This document shows, in pieces, positions 57,768 through 64,000 of a stretch of 64,000 bases of DNA. A model generated the notes under the pieces. The model saw only the letters and a program-made list of their open reading frames with translations. It searched no databases and was not told where the DNA came from. Origin of the DNA: an uncultured Bacteroidales bacterium (lineage in GTDB: Bacteria; Bacteroidota; Bacteroidia; Bacteroidales; VadinHA17); NCBI GenBank assembly GCA_963844935.1, contig CAWJQH010000003.1, forward strand, positions 238,505 to 302,504. Reading direction: 5' to 3'. Both the position numbers and the translations under genes were made by a program. The stretch's first letter is position 1; the number at the start of each line of letters is the position of its first letter.

Positions 57768-59284
57768 TCGCTCTCTATCAGCTCAAGAAGCCTGGCGAGG
57801 GCTTCAGCCTCGGGAACATTTTTGATCACTGCTTCTGTGCCCCGGTAGATGTGCACTTTGCCTTCAGCGGCGCCGACATAGCCGTAGTCTGCCCCGGCCA
57901 TCTCACCCGGACCGTTCACGATACACCCCATAACTGCGATCTTCATCCCTGTAAGATGTGATGTGGCTGCCTTGACCCTTTGCACAGCTTCTTCCAGATT
58001 GAACTTAGTCCTGCCGCACGTGGGGCATGAGATATATCTCGTACGGGTTATGCGTGCTTCGGTTGCCTGCAGTATTGAGAATGCAAGGGAGTTGAGCGCT
58101 GCACCGCGGATCATCCCTGTGTTTGAAATACAGAGCCCCGCCGGCCTGCGTGAAATAAAAAACCGGCCGAGCAATGATGCAGCGTGAATGCCAAGCTTTT
58201 CCCGGTCATCTTCATTGAAGACAGGGTTTAAAACTCCGCGAAACTTCTGAACTTCATTACTGTTCAGCATTTCAGATGCGGTTAATGTCAGAACTTCGCC
58301 GCTGTATAAGTTGCCCTGCTCATCCCTGAAGCTGCCGCCGTCTTCGGAATAAACCTGCGGGAAATACCTTGCTCCGGTCATTTCAAACGGCAGTTCCGGG
58401 CATGGATTCTGTACCCGTCCTGAGGGTCCCGCAACGAAACTGATTATCTCCCGGGCAACAGGGATCTCCCTTTCCGGAGCCTCAGTGAGCGACACCCTGA
58501 CAGTGTCACCGATACCCTCTGCGAGCAGTGTTCCGATACCGGCAGCCGAGATGATCCTGCCGTCTTCTCCTTCCCCGGCCTCAGTGATTCCAAGATGAAC
58601 GGGATAATGCATCCCTTCTCCGGCCATCATCCTTACCAGTGTCCGGTTTGATTCAACCATGATCCTCGTGTCCGACGACTTCATCGACACAACAAGATTA
58701 TTAAATCCTTCTCCCCGCATGATCCTAAGGAACTCAAGTGCCGAGACAGCCATGCCTTCAGGTGTATTTCCGTAACGGGTCATAATACGGTCAGAGAGCG
58801 ATCCGTGGTTTACACCTATCCGCACAGCTGTGCCGTGTTCAGTGCATATGCTGATGAGGGGCAAAAGACGCTCCCTTATGCGTTCCAGCTCTGCCATGTA
58901 CTCACTGTCAGTCAGTTCATGCCGGATGAACGAGGCGCGCCTGTCGGCATAGTTACCCGGATTGATCCGCACTTTTTCAACTATCCGTGCTGCAACCTCA
59001 GCAGCGGCTGGATTAAAATGTATGTCGGCACAGAGCGGCGTGTCAAATCCTGCCCTGCGCAGCTCCTTCTTAATGTTTGCAAGGTTTTCCGCCTCCGTGA
59101 CACCCTGGGCTGTCAGCCTTACAAGCTCACCGCCTGCTTCAATTATCCTGATGCTCTGCCTGACACATGCGGCGGTGTCAAGTGTGTCAGTATTGGTCAT
59201 GCTCTGCACACGCACCGGGAGATCGCCTCCCATGCTCAGACTGCCGATGTTGATTATCTGTGATTTATATGACACAGCCGTCAC
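57752..59284 (-). CDS. ispG: 4-hydroxy-3-methylbut-2-en-1-yl diphosphate synthase
   Basis: [32 protein letters not shown], and the cluster cysteines ISCPTCGR and [10 protein letters not shown]. The GTG start overlaps the cysS stop. The 3' end overlaps rnr by 16 nt (convergent). Confidence 0.9.
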   Translation of the reverse strand: MTAVSYKSQIINIGSLSMGGDLPVRVQSMTNTDTLDTAACVRQSIRIIEAGGELVRLTAQGVTEAENLANIKKELRRAGFDTPLCADIHFNPAAAEVAARIVEKVRINPGNYADRRASFIRHELTDSEYMAELERIRERLLPLISICTEHGTAVRIGVNHGSLSDRIMTRYGNTPEGMAVSALEFLRIMRGEGFNNLVVSMKSSDTRIMVESNRTLVRMMAGEGMHYPVHLGITEAGEGEDGRIISAAGIGTLLAEGIGDTVRVSLTEAPEREIPVAREIISFVAGPSGRVQNPCPELPFEMTGARYFPQVYSEDGGSFRDEQGNLYSGEVLTLTASEMLNSNEVQKFRGVLNPVFNEDDREKLGIHAASLLGRFFISRRPAGLCISNTGMIRGAALNSLAFSILQATEARITRTRYISCPTCGRTKFNLEEAVQRVKAATSHLTGMKIAVMGCIVNGPGEMAGADYGYVGAAEGKVHIYRGTEAVIKNVPEAEALARLLELIESDQAKR

Positions 59285-60750
59285 ACGGTTACCTCCCAGT
59301 CATAGCCGTCCTTACGGTCTTTAACCGTAATACCGAGCTCGCTCAGCCTGTCGCGTATCCGGTCCGAAACGCTCCATTCCTTCCTGGCCTTGGCTTCCTG
59401 CCTCATGTCAAGCAGCAGGGTCATGACACCTGCGAGCTTTTCGTTTCCGCCGCCTTCCTCTGCAGTGAGGCCGAAGATATCATGAACAAATGTTTTGAAT
59501 ATCCCTTTCAGGGACTTAAGGTCATCTGCAGAAAGCTTCTCCTTGCCGTCACTCGCAAGGTTTATAATCCTTACTGCTTCAAAGATATGCGCTAATGCCA
59601 CCGGAGTGTTAAGGTCGTCGTTCATGGCCTCAGTGCATTTGTTCTCAATGCCGCTCACATCTGTTGTTGATTTTTCGGAGGGCTTCAGGTTGGCCAGAGT
59701 CCTTTCCGCAGCCATCAGCTTCTGCAGTCCGGCCGAAGCGGCAAGTAGGGCTTCGTTGCTGAAGTCGAGTGTGCTGCGGTATTGGGCCTGCAGCATGAAG
59801 AAACGGATGGTCATGGGCGAATAGGCCTGCATCAGCAGCTTATGGTTACCGGTGAAAAGCTCCTCGAGGGTGATGAAGTTTCCGAGTGATCTTGCCATCT
59901 TCTGTCCGTTGATTGTAACCATATTGTTATGCACCCAGTACCGCACTGACGGCTTGCCCAGCGCTGCGGTGCTCTGCGCAATCTCGCACTCATGATGGGG
60001 AAAGATAAGATCCATTCCTCCTCCGTGAATATCGAACACCTCGCCAAGGTACTTTGTGCTCATCACCGAACACTCCAGGTGCCATCCCGGAAATCCCTCG
60101 CTCCACTGCGACGGCCACCTCATTATGTGTCCCGGGGAGGCCTTCTTCCATAAGGCGAAATCAAACTGCCCGTGCTTCTCTTCCTGGCCTTCAAGTGCCC
60201 GGCTGTTGGCCTTCATATCCTCCAGAACCCTTCCCGAGAGTACACCGTAAGAAAGGTTTTTATCATATTTCTCAACGTCGAAATAGACCGAGCCGTTCGA
60301 CACATAAGCATATCCCTTGCTGATAAGCTTGTCGATCATCTGCTGCTGCTCGATGACATGACCCGTGGCGCGCGGCTCTATCGAGGGAGCAAGGGTATTG
60401 AGCTTCTCCATGGCCTTGTGAAAACTGTTCATGTACTTCTGAACGACTTCCATGGGCTCGAGGTTCTCCTGCCTCGCCTTGCGGCTTATCCTGTCTTCTC
60501 CCGTCTCATCGACCTCATTCTCAAGGTGGCCGACGTCAGTGATGTTGCGCACATATCTCACTTTATATCCGAGGTGCATCAGGTATCTGTACAGCACATC
60601 GAATGTCACTGCCGGCCTGGCATGACCCAGATGTGACTCGCTGTAAACAGTGGGGCCGCAGACATACATGCCTGCAAAAGGAGGCGCCAGGGGTTCGAAC
60701 AACTCTTTCTTACGGGTGAGGGTGTTATACAGGTAAAGGGCACTTTTCAT
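59281..60750 (-). CDS. cysS: Cysteine--tRNA ligase
   Basis: [19 protein letters not shown] (HIGH) and KMARSLGN (KMSKS), 489 aa. Confidence 0.95.
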   Translation of the reverse strand: MKSALYLYNTLTRKKELFEPLAPPFAGMYVCGPTVYSESHLGHARPAVTFDVLYRYLMHLGYKVRYVRNITDVGHLENEVDETGEDRISRKARQENLEPMEVVQKYMNSFHKAMEKLNTLAPSIEPRATGHVIEQQQMIDKLISKGYAYVSNGSVYFDVEKYDKNLSYGVLSGRVLEDMKANSRALEGQEEKHGQFDFALWKKASPGHIMRWPSQWSEGFPGWHLECSVMSTKYLGEVFDIHGGGMDLIFPHHECEIAQSTAALGKPSVRYWVHNNMVTINGQKMARSLGNFITLEELFTGNHKLLMQAYSPMTIRFFMLQAQYRSTLDFSNEALLAASAGLQKLMAAERTLANLKPSEKSTTDVSGIENKCTEAMNDDLNTPVALAHIFEAVRIINLASDGKEKLSADDLKSLKGIFKTFVHDIFGLTAEEGGGNEKLAGVMTLLLDMRQEAKARKEWSVSDRIRDRLSELGITVKDRKDGYDWEVTV

Positions 60751-60767
60751 TGCATCCGCTCTTTCTG

Positions 60768-60775
60768 CAAAAGTA
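60768..60775 (-). promoter_or_regulatory. Candidate -7 box TACTTTTG for cysS
   Basis: The minus strand reads aatTACTTTTGcagaaagagcggatgcaATG, so the box ends 17 nt before the cysS ATG. Confidence 0.35.
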
Positions 60776-60810
60776 ATTCTTTTGGGCTAATAGGCCCGAA
60801 AAGGCACATC

Positions 60811-60847
60811 ATAAAACAGCCCCGGGAAATGTTATCCCGGGGCTGTT
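60811..60847 (-). terminator. Rho-independent terminator ending the ABC / nucleotidyltransferase transcription unit
   Basis: The minus strand reads ACAGCCCCGGGA-taacatt-TCCCGGGGCTGT: a 12-13-bp GC-rich stem followed by TTTTAT. Confidence 0.65.
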
Positions 60848-61094
60848 CGCACACGTCTCCACCACACGAGGAGACACCACACGCAGCGAGACAGGCTCTA
60901 AAGACTGCCTGTACCTGTGTTGACTTTCAATATAAAACTAATTGCAGACATGTAGTTCTCACTCAAAAACTAATAAACAAACAACAGACTTTCCTTTCAC
61001 AAAAATTTAAAAACTTCGACTAAAGTAAATATATAAACGTAATTTCTAAAAAACAAGAATTCTTAAAGGTTTTTGAGGAAAATGTGGATTTTTC

Positions 61095-62288
61095 TTACTT
61101 CTGCCGATATTCAGGCAAAATAGGGTTAATCACCCATAAGATTTTTCCGAGTCTGTGCGGGTAACGGAGCAGGGCGGAAAAGGAAGTGCTGCATCCGTAC
61201 CTGTTTTTCATGAATTCTATGGAAGGGAACAGATCGCCTGTTATGAAAATCAGTTTGCGCCTGATGCCTCTGAGTGATTTAAGGTTTTCCAGAAACAGTT
61301 CTTTCTGGCTCCGGGGCCTCGCCTGGCCCGGAGCCAGAAGATTGCCCCTGAAGGCAGCCACCTTCTCCTGCTCAGAACCCTCGCGGGCTTTGAACTCCGG
61401 AGGGATATCAATTCCGTAAAATTTATTCAGTATTGTCATTATAGTTCTTAATCCGCCCTGTATTCCGGCCTGGTCCGCATCGGAAAGGAGGTTACCGCTG
61501 AAAATCTTTCCTTCGTGTTTTTTTACGAGAAGGAAGATGTCCGTATAAAGCCTCAGCTGAAACTCACCCTTGACCTCATGCTTGAAAATATGGTTGACAA
61601 GACCGAGCAAGGCAATCCCCGGAGGAAGTACATAATAGGTTTTACCCGCTATTGAAATTACTTCCGGATTATCCAGGGCTCTTCTGACAAGTGCTGAACC
61701 CTCCGGGCCGAACAGCCGGTGATGAAGGTCGACTGAGATGCCGTTGCGGTGCAGCTCGGGCAGGTGATTGCCAAGATCAAGAATGATATGCCTGTACAAT
61801 GAAGATTTCATTGGCATTGAAATGAAGCCGGCCCTGATGAGTATATCCCGTGCCCTGAGAGCATCCCCAGGCGCAACAAGGAGATCGGCGTCACTCATCT
61901 GCCTCAGTCCCCTTGAACCGTAAACGGAATGTTCAAGAGCCAGTCCTTTCAGAAGCAAAGCCCTGATGCCTTCCTTCTCAAGCTCTGCCACTGCGTCAGC
62001 TGCCTCTGCAGTGATGTAAGACACTCTGGCTATTGCTTTAAACCGTATGTTCTCAAGCAGGTTCCGCTCCTGTTCCGGAACCGCCTCCGTCAGACCCAGG
62101 TCAGTAATGTTCTGCCAGGCGAGTGCGGCGACACCGTGCCTGATGGCCAGGTCCGCAAAAAGCTTCCAGGCGGTCAGGGTGCGGGAGCATTTTTCTGCCT
62201 GAACCCGTTCCTCCTCCGTGAATGTGGTCCTGCTGAGCAGGAGCAACAGCGTGATGACCTGATCCTTTTCATTTTCGGATGTGGTCAT
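61095..62288 (-). CDS. Uncharacterised nucleotidyltransferase family protein (NTP_transf_5-like), 397 aa
   Basis: N-terminal helical region ...LLLLLSRTTFTEEE...WKLFADLAIRHGVAALAW.... Core ...LLLKGLALEHSVYGSRGLRQMSDADLLV...ISVDLHHRLF is typical of this family. ATGA overlap with the upstream ABC gene. Confidence 0.6.
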   Translation of the reverse strand: MTTSENEKDQVITLLLLLSRTTFTEEERVQAEKCSRTLTAWKLFADLAIRHGVAALAWQNITDLGLTEAVPEQERNLLENIRFKAIARVSYITAEAADAVAELEKEGIRALLLKGLALEHSVYGSRGLRQMSDADLLVAPGDALRARDILIRAGFISMPMKSSLYRHIILDLGNHLPELHRNGISVDLHHRLFGPEGSALVRRALDNPEVISIAGKTYYVLPPGIALLGLVNHIFKHEVKGEFQLRLYTDIFLLVKKHEGKIFSGNLLSDADQAGIQGGLRTIMTILNKFYGIDIPPEFKAREGSEQEKVAAFRGNLLAPGQARPRSQKELFLENLKSLRGIRRKLIFITGDLFPSIEFMKNRYGCSTSFSALLRYPHRLGKILWVINPILPEYRQK

Positions 62289-64000
62289 CGGTACATCGAT
62301 TTCTGCCTGGTGAACATTGAATAATATCTTCCCCGTGCCTCCATAAGCTCATCATGTGAACCCGTCTCGGCAATGCGTCCCTTATCCAGTACGATAATAC
62401 GGTCGGCATCCCTGACGTTGGCTAGACGGTGACTGATGAAGATGCATGTCCTGCCGTCTGTGATCCTGTCAAGATCAGAAAAGATCTCGTACTCAGAGTC
62501 GGCATCGAGCGATGATGACGGCTCGTCAAGTATCAGCACGGGACTATCGCGGTAGAGTGCCCTTGCAATGGCAATCTTCTGCCACTCTCCCCAGCTCAGC
62601 TCACGGCTTCCTCCGGTCTGATGACCGAGCATCGTCTCATAACCCTGCGGCAGGCTCTCCAGCAAAGCCGAGACCCCTGCCATTGAAGCTGCCCGCCTCA
62701 GGCGTTCCTGGTTGTCGCTTCCACTGTTGTCAGCCAGGCGGATATTGTCACCGGCCGTGAGATAGTACAGCATGAAGTCCTGAAAAACAACGGAAAAAAG
62801 TCTCCGGTATTCATGCAGGTCAAATCTGTCAATGCTCTCTCCGTTAAGGGTGATACTTCCTGAATCCGGGTCATAAAGCCTGCATAGAAGCTTTGCCAGC
62901 GTCGTCTTGCCCGAACCGTTTGGACCGACAATTGCAATTTTCTCGCCCCTGGTGATATTCAGGGTTACATTTTCGAGTGCCGGACTGCCGGCGCCGGGGT
63001 AAGTGAAAGTGAGGTTTTCAACATCAATCCGGTTGAATGAAAGGATGCCCGAAGCTTTTTCCTGATTAGGCATATCGCTCTCAATATCAAGAAAATGAAA
63101 CAGGTCGTCAAGAAAGAGCCTGTTCTCTGCCAGCCCGGAATAACCAGAGACAGCATCGCGCAGATAGATAAGCGCCTGCCTGAAGGCAATAATATACATC
63201 GCCAGTTCTCCGGCAGTAATTTCTGATCTGGTATAGGAAAAAGAGGCATAGATCAGCACGCCGGCAAATGCAATAACTTTCACTACGGAGGCTGTACCTT
63301 CAAGTATTGAGTTCTTTCTGACGGCAGCAATCTCAGGCTCCTTTGACGCCGCAAAGTGTTTCCGGAAAAGCTTCTCGAAATATCCGGCAAGGCCAAACAG
63401 CCTCACCTCCCTGGCCGGTTTTTCTCCCGTCAGGAGCCAGCTGAAATATGATGCCTGCCGTGAATGAGCCGTCACGGCTTTTTTCGCTTCATAAAGCCTG
63501 CCGGACGAGCTCAGCTTCATCCATAACACCGGCAAAAAAACAACTGCAAGGACTGCAAGGGGTATTATGCCGAAAGTTCCGAGAACATAACCCATTGCCA
63601 TAAATGAGATGACACCACGCAGGAGGAGAATGATGTCTGAAACCATTCCTGCAGGCCTCCAGGAAATGTCCCTTGCCGCTCTTGACAGCTTGTCATAAAA
63701 CCCGGGGTCTTCAAAAAATCTTAATCCGAGAGTCGCCGAATGGCTGTGTATTAGTGAGGCAATATGATTTTCAAGCTGGAAGGATTGCTTTTTTGAGATA
63801 TACTGACCCAGAGAGTTGAGAAGGTCATCAGCAAGAAGTGTAAGGGCAACAGCTGCTATAAGTCCCGTTATAGCCCGCACCTGGTTAACCGTATCGCTTC
63901 CTGCTTCCCCTGTAAGTATGTCTATATAATGCCTGAGGAGAAAAATTGCCGCCAGCGGAAGAAAAGACCTGATAACCAGTATAATCAGGTTGATGACAGT
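62285..64000 (-). CDS. ABC exporter (fused 6-TM permease + ATPase); 5' end lies beyond the window
   Basis: Walker A GPNGSGKTT, variant signature LSWGEWQKIAIARAL, Walker B VLILDEPSSSLD, H-loop FISHR. The frame remains open from the GTG at 63880 up to position 64000. Confidence 0.8.
   Translation of the reverse strand, partial: TVINLIILVIRSFLPLAAIFLLRHYIDILTGEAGSDTVNQVRAITGLIAAVALTLLADDLLNSLGQYISKKQSFQLENHIASLIHSHSATLGLRFFEDPGFYDKLSRAARDISWRPAGMVSDIILLLRGVISFMAMGYVLGTFGIIPLAVLAVVFLPVLWMKLSSSGRLYEAKKAVTAHSRQASYFSWLLTGEKPAREVRLFGLAGYFEKLFRKHFAASKEPEIAAVRKNSILEGTASVVKVIAFAGVLIYASFSYTRSEITAGELAMYIIAFRQALIYLRDAVSGYSGLAENRLFLDDLFHFLDIESDMPNQEKASGILSFNRIDVENLTFTYPGAGSPALENVTLNITRGEKIAIVGPNGSGKTTLAKLLCRLYDPDSGSITLNGESIDRFDLHEYRRLFSVVFQDFMLYYLTAGDNIRLADNSGSDNQERLRRAASMAGVSALLESLPQGYETMLGHQTGGSRELSWGEWQKIAIARALYRDSPVLILDEPSSSLDADSEYEIFSDLDRITDGRTCIFISHRLANVRDADRIIVLDKGRIAETGSHDELMEARGRYYSMFTRQKSMYR

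Noticed and set aside
60829-61023. 64-aa plus-strand ORF as a candidate precursor peptide
   Set aside because: Its start codon lies inside the stem of the minus-strand terminator. It runs antisense to the direction of all neighbouring transcription and has no promoter box upstream. Its composition (His/Thr/Cys/Gln-rich) looks like translated non-coding sequence.
1-64000. Genomic island, prophage or mobile element
   Set aside because: I recognised no integrase, transposase, phage structural gene, tRNA attachment site or flanking direct repeats. Gene content is overwhelmingly core housekeeping, with uniform composition by eye.

Overview
This is a 64-kb chromosomal segment that looks like a Bacteroidota genome. 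The evidence is the type IX secretion / gliding core porP-gldK-gldL-gldM-gldN, Bacteroidota-typical DUF4270/DUF4954/DUF4296-like proteins, TAnnTTTG -7 promoter boxes in place of Shine-Dalgarno sites, and roughly 50% GC by eye. Most of the window is densely packed housekeeping: nucleotide-sugar genes (galE, rfbB, glmS, manC), panC/panD, radA, a class A PBP, topA, mlaEF-like genes, a TonB-dependent receptor, trpS, rbfA, a lolE-like permease, rpoN, asnS, the methionine cycle genes metK/metF/metH, rnr, ispG and cysS. I saw no rRNA, tRNA, CRISPR array, transposase or integrase.

Four things deserve a second look:
1. A peptide-maturation (RiPP-like) toolkit is split into two modules. A translationally coupled PqqD(RRE) / HPr-kinase-like / SipW-type S26 peptidase operon lies at 53966-55570. 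An ABC exporter plus NTP_transf_5-type nucleotidyltransferase operon lies at 61095-64000 and beyond. Three housekeeping genes separate them, and no lasso cyclase, cysteine protease or convincing precursor is visible.
2. Seven single-nucleotide frameshifts break four otherwise recognisable genes (DUF4954, a tandem universal stress protein (USP), an ABC ATPase, metH). Six of them lie within 44.9-51.8 kb.
3. An identical 27-nt heptamer-repeat element occurs twice, in inverted orientation, 43 kb apart. One copy ends 7 nt before a start codon.
4. Three 17-19-bp GATC-rich palindromes sit in the 530-bp region upstream of metK.

All family assignments come from motif recognition in the translated ORFs; no database search was possible.
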